DNA of 62,922 nt, filler included, from Conidiobolus incongruus B7586 (Eukaryota): assembly GCA_000697335.1 (NCBI GenBank). It is 8 parts of 8 records of this genome, joined end to end, with 100 filler letters (N's around TTAATTAATTAA, not from the genome) between each part and the next. Parts side by side here need not be neighbours in the genome. Positions count along the whole stretch, not along the records: positions 31,290 to 43,477 come from JNEM01006623.1; positions 43,578 to 55,555 come from JNEM01006624.1; 6 more parts are not named here. One strand, written 5' to 3'. A model generated the notes under the pieces. That model saw only the letters and a list, made by a program, of their open reading frames with translations, searched no databases and was not told the origin of the DNA. Shown here piece by piece: positions 42,255 through 54,000 of this stretch. A program made the translations under genes and the position numbers. How positions within the stretch are numbered: position 1 is the stretch's first letter; every line of letters begins with the position of its first letter.

Positions 42255-43577
42255 TCAGATTTCAATCAATCGCAAATTCTCTATTTATAATCTTCAAAAT
42301 TCGATCAAAAATATTTTGCTGATATTATATTTATTATCAATACTTTGTTTAAAATGTTTTTATTTTAATATATCTCCAATTAATATACCATTTTATTAAT
42401 ATTTTTAAATGCTACTTTGGTGAATTGCTAATTTACATTTGATATAAATAATCAATTTTATAACAAGGAAACAAAAAAAATGAAAAAACTAATATATTTG
42501 GAATCTATTCTCTTAGATATTCATTTGAAACATTTTTCCTTTTTTGCAAAAGCTTGAATATAAATGAATAGTTTTAATCAATTCATTTTATTATCACCTT
42601 AGAAAAATTTAATAGTTAAAATCTATTTAATATTGGTTGACTCTCTTTGAGATATATTATTACAAAGTTATCAAAACCTTGCTATTATTCAAAAATCATA
42701 TTTTATTATATTATTTAATCTATTATTAAATATTATATATTTTCAAAAAATAATCATATTAATCAATATATACTTATTATTTTAATTTCCTATATAATTT
42801 TTTCAAAGTTATAAATTATTATATTAGCTTAGATTTTTCATTTTATATATTTCAAATAAAATCATTATTAATATATTTTATAAATATAATAGTAACAAGA
42901 TTAATATAGTATAAAGGAAAATTTATTATAAAAATAGTGTAAGTTTTAATATGATATTGATTATATGGCAAGATAATATTAATATTAACAAACTTTAATT
43001 AAGCTTTGTAAATAAATAAGTCAATACTCATATATTAGGATTTATATTAAATAGTGCCAATTTATTATAATATTGATAGAATATAGTCTCAACCTAGGAA
43101 ATAATAAAAAAATATAAAATTATAAGAATTAAAAAAAAACCTAGTTTATTAGATAAATAAATATTATTTATATTATTATTTTAATTTTAAAATATGAATT
43201 AATTTAATTATAATTAAATAATATACATAAAAAATATATAAAAATTTTAAAACTTATTTTTTAATATTTTGTTTATAATAATAAATTATATATTTAATTT
43301 TTGATTTTTTCAATATATTTCTTTGAAAAAAAAATATATATAAATTTATGGGAAAAATAATATTTTCAAAAGATATATAAATAATGCAAAATTATTTCTT
43401 ATTAAAGTAATTTGAATTTAAGATATAAATATAATTATATATAAACAATAATTATCAAAAATCTTTTGATTTAATATNNNNNNNNNNNNNNNNNNNNNNN
43501 NNNNNNNNNNNNNNNNNNNNNTTAATTAATTAANNNNNNNNNNNNNNNNNNNNNNNNNNNNNNNNNNNNNNNNNNNN

Positions 43578-43852
43578 TTTAAGATCACCATCTCATGTCT
43601 GTTTACTTTTGCCTACATCTGTTTTATATACTCCTTTAGCGAGAAATTAAGTGAATTGGGTCCTGTCCCAGGAATTACTACGGTTATCCACTTGGATGAA
43701 TTGGAAATATACTATATGCTTTGTAACTATTACGTATACTTGGTAATTACTAAGTGATACGGCGGTTTTATTATGTCATCCCATAAGTTGTCGAATAAAT
43801 CCTTTCCTCATAAAAAAAAGATGATTCAAATTATAATCATTTATACATCACA
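43578..43852 (+). mobile_element. Possible LTR remnant upstream of ORC3
   Basis: GC-elevated non-coding island abutting a gap, containing AATAAA and ending CATCACA. Confidence 0.3.
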
Positions 43853-44016
43853 AAAAAATAATAAGTAATTATAATATTATTTATATTGCAATTAAATACA
43901 ATATTGTTTAATAATACAATATCAAATCAAATTTTAAAAATTAGATATATACTCCTACTTCAATAGTTCCAATTTCCACTATTAAAAATTTAAAATATTT
44001 GTATCAAAGTGGAAAA

Positions 44017-47000
44017 ATGGGTCCTGGTACAGATATACCAGAATTAATTATTCAGCAATCTCCATCGATTAAAAAACGAGGTAGACCTAAGGGTTGGAGA
44101 AAATCAACAGCCTCCCCTTCTAATACTATAACCCCAGTTCCTGATACCGCTCAAAGTGAAGGTATCGTTCAAAAGAAGAGAGGTCGACCATTTGGATGGA
44201 GAAAATCTATCAAAGAAGATGAAATTAGTGTTAATACCCCAATGAATAATTCATCACCAGTGAAGAAGAGAGGTAAACCACTTGGATGGAGTAAGCCCAT
44301 CGCAGAAGGTGTTGATAATGATACTGGTAATAATAGCCAAGCAGAAAATTTGGGAAAACCTATATTAGAAGACGATAACAATAATGCCGATAATAGCATC
44401 CCAACGAATAATTTATCAGTTGTGAAGAAGAGGGGCAGACCATTGGGATGGAGAAAACCTATCACAGAAGATGATAATAATAGCCATAATAATATCAATA
44501 ATGATGATAAAAATGACAACACCCCAGCGAATAATTTATTACAGGTAAAAAAGCGAGGTAGACCACTAGGTTGGAGAAAACCTATCGCAGAAGATGATAA
44601 TATTGATAACTCAGAAAACAGCTCATTATCAGTAAAGAGGAGAGGTAGACCAATAGGATGGAAAAAGCCTATCGTAGAAGATGATAATACTGATAAGGAT
44701 AACAATGATAGTAATAATCCAGAAAATAATTCATCATTAGTAAAGAGGAGAGATAGACCATCGGGTTGGAGAAAACCTGCCTCAGAGGATGATAATATTG
44801 ATAGAGATAATAACAACAATAGTCCAGCGAATAATTCATTGCCAGTAAAAAAGAGAGGTAGACCAATAGGATGGAGAAAGCCTACCATAGAAATCAACAA
44901 TGATGATTCAACGGGTCATGCTGTCGAAATTGAATCAAATCCACTCACAAAAAGAACAGGAAGAAGAAAAGCTACTGGAGCTAATCAAAATCAGAAAATG
45001 GTTAATTTGGATGAATCTGATGATGACTTGATAAGCTACGATGATTTAGCTAAGGACGGCAACTACCAAGTTGAGGATGATGAATCCGAAGATGAAGTAG
45101 CATCCATGGAAGAGGGCGACTGGTATGATTCAGATGAAGATATTGAGCATTATGGAAATTCACCTTCACAGCATGCTATCTCCGATGAAGAAATGCACCG
45201 TCAATTATCTTCAAAATTAGCAAAAGTCAACGGATCAAAGTACATTAGTAATTCAATTAATTATGAGCGATGGGTTGAAGATTATGATCCTTTGCTCAAG
45301 GTAAATTCATTAATTACATAACTCATTCATGGTATCTGACTTGCTATTTATTAAATATTTCTATAGCCTGTTACATATATTCCTCCTCGTTCTACCAAAC
45401 AATCAAACGAAAATAACTTAACCAGCTATTGTGGATTTACTACATTATTCCCTAATGAGAGCCAAGAACTTGTTAAAATGAGATACAATATGATGATACA
45501 AGCTCAAAAATCTTTGAAACAGCATTATGAGGATAATTTTATCCAGAACCATTCCAAGCACCAAAGTGATAATAGCTGGAAAGAAGATAAAATACAATGG
45601 CTTATTGAACAAATGAGCTATTTTCGAGAAGACATCCAAAGTAAAAGGTATAGTAAACACTTCGAATTATTTATTACAGTTATTAAACTATATGCGTTTT
45701 AATTATAGTATGTTCCCTAAGTTACCCATTGTCATGCTTGAAATAGGAATGGAATCGAATTTCCAAAACAACTTTTGTGTTTTATTAAAACGGCATCTTA
45801 TGAATGTGAGTTCCAAATACTTTATTAGATTTTGCAATTTAGATATGAGTTCCATTATGATTAAAAATAGCGCACAAAAGTTAAAGCATATTATTCACAC
45901 TATTTTTAATGATCTTTCCAAAGGGCTGCAGTTAGAGGATTCAAATTTATCTGACTCTGAAGACCGTGACGAAATCCCCAGCCAAGTAAATGAATTCCGC
46001 GATCTTTTAAGGTCCCATGATTCATGTAGGTATGATAGAGGTGATCATAGAATCAATATGAATATTGTTCTATTACCACCATGGGAGAGTTGGGATTTGC
46101 AATTGCTCGAACACTTAATCAAAACTTTACTTCCACTTCAGCCAATTCTTCTCTTACCTACCACTACCAACAGTTCCGATACCTTACCCACTTTACCCTA
46201 TGAAATCACTTCACAGCTTGATGCAATCCACCTCAATTTCCAAATCCCCTGGAAAGATCTGGAGTCTGGACTCAATTTTTTGGATGGCGTGGAAAAAGAG
46301 GGTATTTTCTTGAATATATGGCCTCTACTCCGACTTGGCAAAAAGTTTTGCTACTACGATTACAATGTTGAGAACTGGTATGAAGAAATGAAATGGATTG
46401 TCTTGGATTATTTCAAATCCAATCCATTGAGTACGCTTTGCTTGAAGCCTGATGATCCTCGATCAGTTGATTTGACCTACATCCGTAACGAAATTATCTC
46501 CAAACTATCACATAATCATTTCGAAATTGTGAGGTCGCTCCCTTCATTCATGACTTGGTTTGAGGAGCTCCCAGATAACAAAAAGGATAGAAAAATTCTT
46601 GAAGACGATAATTACTTTGCCACCGAATTTTTGTCTGTCAAGTTGCAATCCTTACAAATGTATTTGATAGACTATCGTTTAGGATTTGAGTTGTTCGTAC
46701 AATTGCAGCGTTGGCTCTATCAACTTGATCCAGACACTTCGATTGACTCTCGTCTATATCTCAAGCTTGAAGGATTATCAAGAGGCCTTTGTGATTCTGA
46801 ACCCATGAGCACAACTTTGAGTCAATTGGGGTCCCTCGATTTCCATAAACTCAGTGTACTTTTAAAAAGTATGCTCCTATTTATTCAACAGCAGAAAAAT
46901 TTCTTATCTCGAAAAGTTACAAGTTTAGACAGTTTGAATAATTATTTGAACAAACTTAAAGGACTCTTAGATGACTATCATGCTGGTAACTATAACAAAA

Positions 47001-47516
47001 AATATACTCCAGCCCAAAAATTGAGTCATATTTTATCAGAGTATTTTAAGTAAGTTTATGTATTTAGTCATCGATTTTATAATTAACTAATAATTTATTT
47101 ATTTTTTTAGAATTGTATTAAAACCACCTTATTTAATAGTATTATACGAGCTAGCATTTTACAACGATGATAAATTGATTCAATCTACTTTCGAACCCAA
47201 TGTATCCGATTTATTACAGCAAGATATCCAGTCACCCGATAATGAATTTTTGAGCTTTAAGGAAAAACGATTCTCTCCCGATATAGCTATAATGTACGAA
47301 ATTTACTCAGAATGTGGTAGACTTATCAACATTTTTGACTGGGGTAATGCCTTCATCAACAAACTTAAAGATCAAGACAGATCAAACAAGTTGAATCAGC
47401 TAAAAGATGATAAAATTTTATGGGGACGATTCTTCAATGGTTTAGAAACTTTCAAATTTTTTGGATTAATCGCTACAACAAAACGAAAGACTGACCATGT
47501 GGTTAAATTAATTTAA
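44017..47516 (+). CDS. ORC3: Origin recognition complex subunit 3 with an N-terminal AT-hook array (exons 44017-45300, 45367-45647, 45709-47049, 47111-47516; ~1103 aa)
   Basis: The C-terminal winged helix PDIAIMYEIYSECGRLINIFDW...RFFNGLETFKFFGLIATTKRKTDHVVKL is the ORC3 signature. GFTTLFPNESQELVKMRY resembles the fungal ORC3 N-terminus. All three GT-AG introns preserve frame. Confidence 0.87.
44068..44885 (+). repeat. Coding tandem repeat: eight K(K/R)RGRPxGW(R/K)K AT-hook units with N/D-rich linkers
   Basis: Six perfect RGRP cores and two variants (RGKP, RDRP). DNA-level similarity between units (AGAGGTAGACCA.T.GG.TGGAGAAAACCT). Confidence 0.92.
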
Positions 47517-47778
47517 TCTGAAGTAATTATAAAATTTTATTTAAACTTATTTTTATTCCATTATTATTATTATTTATTTAATAAATTATATAATTATTAA
47601 CATTATTCATCTTATGAATAGCATTTAATTAAATTTGTAATTTAAATGTGTTTCAAAATTATTATGATACGTAAATAGATATGAAAAAATTAATGATTAT
47701 ATTACAAAAATAATAAAAAGTGAATTAATATAAAAGGATAAATATTTGAAAAAAAAGATAATGTATAGAAATGATATG

Positions 47779-48331
47779 TGTCACGGTTATTAGCTCTTGG
47801 AGCGTCATTGAGGACACTGACACAGCCATTCTGTAGGCCAGATTGTGAAACATGATACCTACCAGCTGGGGTAAACTACCAATGATCAGATCTCTGGCTA
47901 TTCGGCCTTGATCACTTGTAAATGGGGGTTTGTACAGAGCGACTAGACCAGCAGCAACAGTGGCGGCGTTAGGATCCGACATGCTAAAAGATGGAATCAA
48001 GGAATATCAATAGGAACGGGTTTAGAAGGATTAGTGTAAAATGACTCAAGTGGAACTATAAGCAGTTACTTGAGTATACCAAAAGGATTGACTTTGGATG
48101 TAGGCAAAAGGTTTATTAATGTAGGAAAAGTAAAGAGAGAGAGGTCAAGAAGGGAGACGAGCCCTTCTTATACTTAAGTGAAATATATAGGCATAAGTAT
48201 GCACGGATGAGTAACAGTGAGGTCACTCAGACGTGGACTGGTAAAATGTTGATAAGGCCTAATTTGGTTAATCAGGTACTTAATAGTGAATTGGAGTGAA
48301 GAAAGGTATCAATTAGGTAGCAATCGTCACA
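47779..48331. mobile_element. Solo LTR (553 bp)
   Basis: TGTCACG...CGTCACA termini with a perfect 5-bp TSD ATATG (47774-47778, 48332-48336). Confidence 0.88.
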
Positions 48332-48341
48332 ATATGTCATC

Positions 48342-48414
48342 GCCTTCTTGGCTCAGTTGGCAGAGCGTCCGCCTAGTAAGCGGAAGGTCACCAGTTCGAT
48401 TCTGGTAGAAGGCA
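48342..48414 (+). tRNA. tRNA-Thr(AGT)
   Basis: GCCTTCT...AGAAGGC-A acceptor stem, TCCGC-CT-AGT-AA-GCGGA anticodon arm, GTTCGATTC T-loop. Confidence 0.95.
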
Positions 48415-49958
48415 TAACTTGAAAAAAGATTTTCAATTTTTAACACTTATCTTTTTCATCTACTCGATTTTACCATACTTATATTAAACTTGTTTACAAA
48501 TTTTTTTAAATTTTTTTTACTTTATATCAACTTTGAAACATTTTTTGAATTTTTCATGTTTATTAAATTTTATCCTTAAATTTATTAATTACATATATTA
48601 TTATTGACTATATACTAATATTCATTTTACTGCAAAATACAACATATACATATATTCAGTTTAATAAAAAACTTAGTTTCATCATTTTGATTTATTATAC
48701 ATAATTTGGTTAATATTAAATTTAGTAATAATTAAGAATAGCAATATAATGTGATGATTAAATTATCTAATTATAAGAATATAATAAATAATATTATTTG
48801 TTAAAAAAATTTATTATTTTGAAGAAGTAAAAAAAATAATAAGATAAAATAATCTCAATTATTTTATTAAATAATTCACTATCATTTCACATTATTTAAT
48901 TTATAATTATTAATTTTAATTGAAAATATTGAGCAAGTTTTATTATAAATATAAAATTTACATATAAGTATATATAAATGATTATTGTTCATAAAAGGTC
49001 TATTTTTAGAAATGAATCTTCTATTTTAATTTTTTCTTTTTTTTTTTGCTTCTTTTAATTATTAAATTATTAATTGAGAAATTTGGGATTTTTTAATTAA
49101 CTTTTTTTTATTTATTTTTTTTAATGGATGTTTTATGTAGGTAATTATTGGAAATTAAAAGATAGTAAAAAATTATAATAATGAAATTATAGTGCTTGTT
49201 TTTGATAAGTTATATATTTATATATGCATGGATGGATTAGAAGATTTATTATTATATTAAAATAAATAGGTTATTTTTGTTAAACATATGTCAATTATTA
49301 ATACAGTTGAGAATTGTTATTAAAATGAATGTGTATAGTTAAAACTCTTGATCTGGATTGTAATTTGATGAAACTAAGAATCTTACAAACTAATTGGCAG
49401 ATTGATCTAGAAGAATCAAATTACTCGAATTAGTAATCAATCGATCATTTTTCCATAGTTTAGCCACTGTATTAATAGTAATCGTGGAAAGAAGATGACC
49501 AATGAGGTGAATTGGATACTCGCAGGATTGGGTCATTGAATAGATTGAAAAAGATATGGATACTGAGACCATTCAGTCCTATAACTCAATCATAGTGTCT
49601 TTAGTGGTAATTGTGAAACACAATTTAAGTGATGAAAATGAGAGACATTTAGCTCCGTTTCAAGAAATTGCTCCGATTACAATTAATCTGATTGAGATAT
49701 CAAATTATTATTTGATTAGTGATTGGACTTTGATAGGGAAGTTGTGGTGTAACAATGTAGTTGATTGCATCATGTTCAGAAGAAATAAGTGCGGATAATC
49801 ACAAAAAACAATCATCAAGAGCCTGGCTTTATCATGATAATATATCAAGTCGAAGGATGGGAAAACATGTATGTTGGATTGTCGAATTATATGCATAGAT
49901 GGCGTCAAGGGTAAATGAAGGAGTTATTAATTAAGAAGTACTTGGAGGGGTGGAAAGA

Positions 49959-51029
49959 TTATAGTAATATAGGAGTTGGAGAGTCCCAAGACTTAAGGGA
50001 ATCCCTTATCGAGAGATTGCCACCAGGGCTCGACTTTTTGGTTGAACTGGAGATAGAATAAGTTCTGGCGATAGATGCCCTAGAGCGTGAATTGAGACTA
50101 CTTGATGAACCTCCAATAGATGCACGACGTTGAGGAAGCATCATTACACGGATTTGATTGGGAAGGAGAGGACTATCAGGATCCCTTGAGATAGGTACGA
50201 GATCCTGAGGTAAAGAAGTAACATTAAAAGCAGTACCGTTAAGAGGGTGATTCTTAAGACGCTTGAGGATACTTTGGATGAGGATGATTTGTCTAAGATT
50301 TCTGTTAGGTGAATCAGATAATTTTTTCAAGCTTGAATGGTAAGCACCACGCATAGGAGCAGTAGAATAAGAATATCCATTGAAGGCAGACTCAATATCT
50401 TCAGCCATAGCCAAGTTGAAGTCAATATCTGTTCTGTCCAACTCACCATCATCTTCATTATATAATCTGGCAAAATCGGATTTGGTTCTTGGTACTGAAT
50501 TGTTGTAATATCTGCGTGGAAGCTGATTTGAATTGGGCGTGGGTGGCTGTTTGGATTTGAAAAATTTGCTTAAAACTTGTTTGAATTTAGAAGGTTGTTT
50601 GGCTGACTTGAGAGATTGTGAAGGTATCGTAATATTTGAATTGATTTCTGAGGATGAAGATGATTTGGAGCTGGGCAGAGATTCAGAAGAAGCAGAGGAG
50701 AGAGAGGGAGTGGTTGAAGGGGTTTGAGAATTAGGTTGTGGTTGAGAACTGTCAGAATGATCAGATTCAATTCTTTGAGATAAATCAACTATTGATTGAG
50801 TAGGTTTAGAAGATTTTAAACTAAGAATACTGAATGAAGAGCTCTTTCTTAAACTAGACTGACGCTTTTTATCTGAAGAGTTGTCATTTTTTAAAATACT
50901 GATTTCTGAATCAATAGTAGAATTGAGTTTAGCATCGATAGGTGCTGAAAAGTTCATAAATGAGAAGCGCTTAGAAGGGCGACGAGAAGGTGGGATGGTA
51001 TTATGAATAGACAATGTCTCAGTAGTCAT
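49959..51029 (-). CDS. Ser-rich disordered protein with a Zds_C/SERTA-like helical motif
   Basis: 356-aa open frame from ATG 51029 with coding-like GC. Motif MRGAYHSSLKKLSDSPNRNLRQIILIQSILKRL. Confidence 0.7.
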   Translation of the reverse strand: MTTETLSIHNTIPPSRRPSKRFSFMNFSAPIDAKLNSTIDSEISILKNDNSSDKKRQSSLRKSSSFSILSLKSSKPTQSIVDLSQRIESDHSDSSQPQPNSQTPSTTPSLSSASSESLPSSKSSSSSEINSNITIPSQSLKSAKQPSKFKQVLSKFFKSKQPPTPNSNQLPRRYYNNSVPRTKSDFARLYNEDDGELDRTDIDFNLAMAEDIESAFNGYSYSTAPMRGAYHSSLKKLSDSPNRNLRQIILIQSILKRLKNHPLNGTAFNVTSLPQDLVPISRDPDSPLLPNQIRVMMLPQRRASIGGSSSSLNSRSRASIARTYSISSSTKKSSPGGNLSIRDSLKSWDSPTPILL

Positions 51030-54000
51030 CTGAATATAATTAAATGAAAATGTCAACAATTAAGTAACAACACTAAAGGAAGGAATTAACAAATATACAC
51101 TAAAAAATGCTACTTGAAATTGAAGTAACTAAAACTTAAACAGGAGCAGTATTTATAGAATTGAACAAATTCAAATTATGTGAAAATTCAATTACATTTG
51201 TGCTTGTAATAGGGTAAGATATGTGGATTGAGTAAAAGGTGGGTGGTTGGATGATGAAATTGATAACAACTCAATTAACTAACCTAATTGTCACTACTTC
51301 TGCACTGATTGGTTAGTGCTTATCATTGATAGGAATAACACTCTATTTGTAACATCCTAAATTACTTCTATTTAATTAATAACTCTTAATAGAAATTTCA
51401 TATTATACTCAATTCTGAACTAAATTTAAATAGTTTCAATTGTATATTGTTGTTTAATCAAGGGTATTAAATATTTCAATAAGTTTAAACATATTCTCCC
51501 TTAATGAAACTGTATTGTATTTTTCTATTTTTTTGGATAATTATGAGATGACTGCATTTTATTAAAATGAAATAGAATACCCGAAGCTGAGTTAATAAAC
51601 TTAATTTATAATATTATTTTTACTTTAATTGATTTTAAAAAAGATTAACAAAATAATTTCGAGTTACTTGAGTAGTTTTATTATTTCTTATTTAATATTT
51701 TAAGTTACATTGATATAAAAAATATAATAAAAATTCTATACACAAATACAAAAATAATATTTTTAATCCGTTCATTGTTGCTCTTTTAAACCAGTATGAG
51801 TTTAATATTTTTAACCCTAATAATTTGTTAATTTTTGTAATTTTCAGGGTATATTAGCTTGCATTTATAAGGGTCATTGCTCAATATATTTAATCAGTAA
51901 CTTAAAAGTCGACCATTTTATATTTCGTAATATTGAAGATTGATTATATAAACTAAAGAAACCTCTAATAATCCAAATCCAATAGGAGTAAAGAAGTGAC
52001 TATAATCAATTATATTATTTCTCCTTCAACTGTTCTTAATGATTTCATTTATAATCAATGCATGATAATGATCAATAATGGATATATTCAAACATGAAAT
52101 CAGTTGAAAACCTCAATCTGAAATAGAAATTCAAGAAAAATAATCCACTGCTTACGGATGATTTTAAGAATAAAAACCCTATATTAAAAAGATTTAGATC
52201 AAAATATCTATATTGGAAAATATCTTGAGAAAATATCAATCTAATTACTAAATTTGGTAAATGATAAATACAAGTAAAATTTCAAAATAGTAAATATATT
52301 TTATATTATTGAAATTATAGAATAAAAAATATATATATATTCAGTTTTAATATCTAAAAAAATATATGAATTTTTAAAATAATTTTAAATAACTTTTATT
52401 AAAATATTATATTAAAATGATTAAAGGATACAATCTTAATTAAAATTTGAATTATATATGTATATATCAATGCAAAATACAGTCACAAAATTTATATAAA
52501 ATGAGGTCATATATGAATAAATAGTGGAGATAGTATTAGTTATACATCATAATAAACTTTAAAAAATATCAAATTTTTTTGAAAATTATTTGTATAATAA
52601 AATCTTAATTAATACATATTAATATTCTATAATACTTGATCTACGATTTATTCATAAATAACATTTAAGATTTCTAATTCTATAATTGATAGTAAACTAA
52701 TGTTTATTATTAATTGATTAAAACTATATTATGTTTTTTATATCAAATATAATTGATAAGTTTGATGTTAATTATAGTACTAATTGTCAAAATATAATAT
52801 TCTTGAAAAAATTAATTAATCAACAATATTACACATGTCTAATCATTGGGTTATATTATGTAATTGGAAAGTATATTTATTTAACTTTAATTAACAAATG
52901 TTATTTGGATGTATATCAAATAATTCAAGTATAAATTCAATATAAGAGATATAAACTAAAATAATAATTTATTATATTTAAAATATTTTAAGATTTTTAT
53001 TTGGAAAATTTAATAAAAATAACTTTAAGATAATTTTAATGATATTTAAATTTTCCTTTAAAAAATTAAATAATAAACAAAATAAATTGATTTGTTTTGA
53101 TCTTATTAATTTTATTATTATTAATGGATAATTTTTATTAAAATGGGTTTTAATTAAATTCGTATTGTTAATTTGATATATTAAAAAATAATGGTAATTA
53201 TGTTATTAAATGGTAATTAATTTTTTTTATTAATATTTTAATATTAGCTTATTATATATGTGGATAATATTTCGTATTAATAATTACTACTTAATCATTT
53301 ATTAAACATAAAATTGATTGATTTATGATATTTGAAATAAATCTTCAACATGTAAAATGTACTTAAAGAAAATAGTGATTTGAAATCAAAATAAACTGAA
53401 TAATGATAAAACGTTATGAATTGAACAGTATTTTATATACTTTCTTTCTAATTATAAACAGATATTTCAGACCATTGATTCAATATAATTTAAATTAATT
53501 GTAAATAACAGATATGCAAATAGATTGATAGATTAAAGGCTTAATTTTGTATTTGATATAAATGAAAATTCACAATAATTGGTTAATCATGTAATTCACT
53601 ATATATAGATATATCCGCAGCATTATTTTGTTACAGAAAAACTATTGAAAAATATAATATAAAGCCGCATCTTATAACTTTATCCTTTATTCGATATCTT
53701 TCTTTACAATTACTTATTATCTGATTTTAAGATCGGTATTAATTTTATATTTGTATTTATATTAAAAAACAAGTTCTATTAATAATTTTCCCAGTGCATT
53801 ATTCACTTTAATAATCAACAATCTAAATACTATATATTAAAGAAATGTAACTAAATTATTTTAAGTATACGTGTAAAATATTGTTATTAGCTATATCAAT
53901 TTAATTGATTTTATAATTTCAAAATGAAAACAAAAAAATATTTTAACCAGATTATGATCTTTAATTTAATCCATTATATTTATGAATAATTTTTTTGCAT

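Noticed and set aside
44169..44900. 243-aa hydrophobic antisense ORF
   Set aside because: Shadow of the AAT/GAT-rich AT-hook repeat on the opposite strand.
47725..48000. 91-aa ORF
   Set aside because: Lies mostly within the solo LTR and crosses its boundary; no homology recognised.
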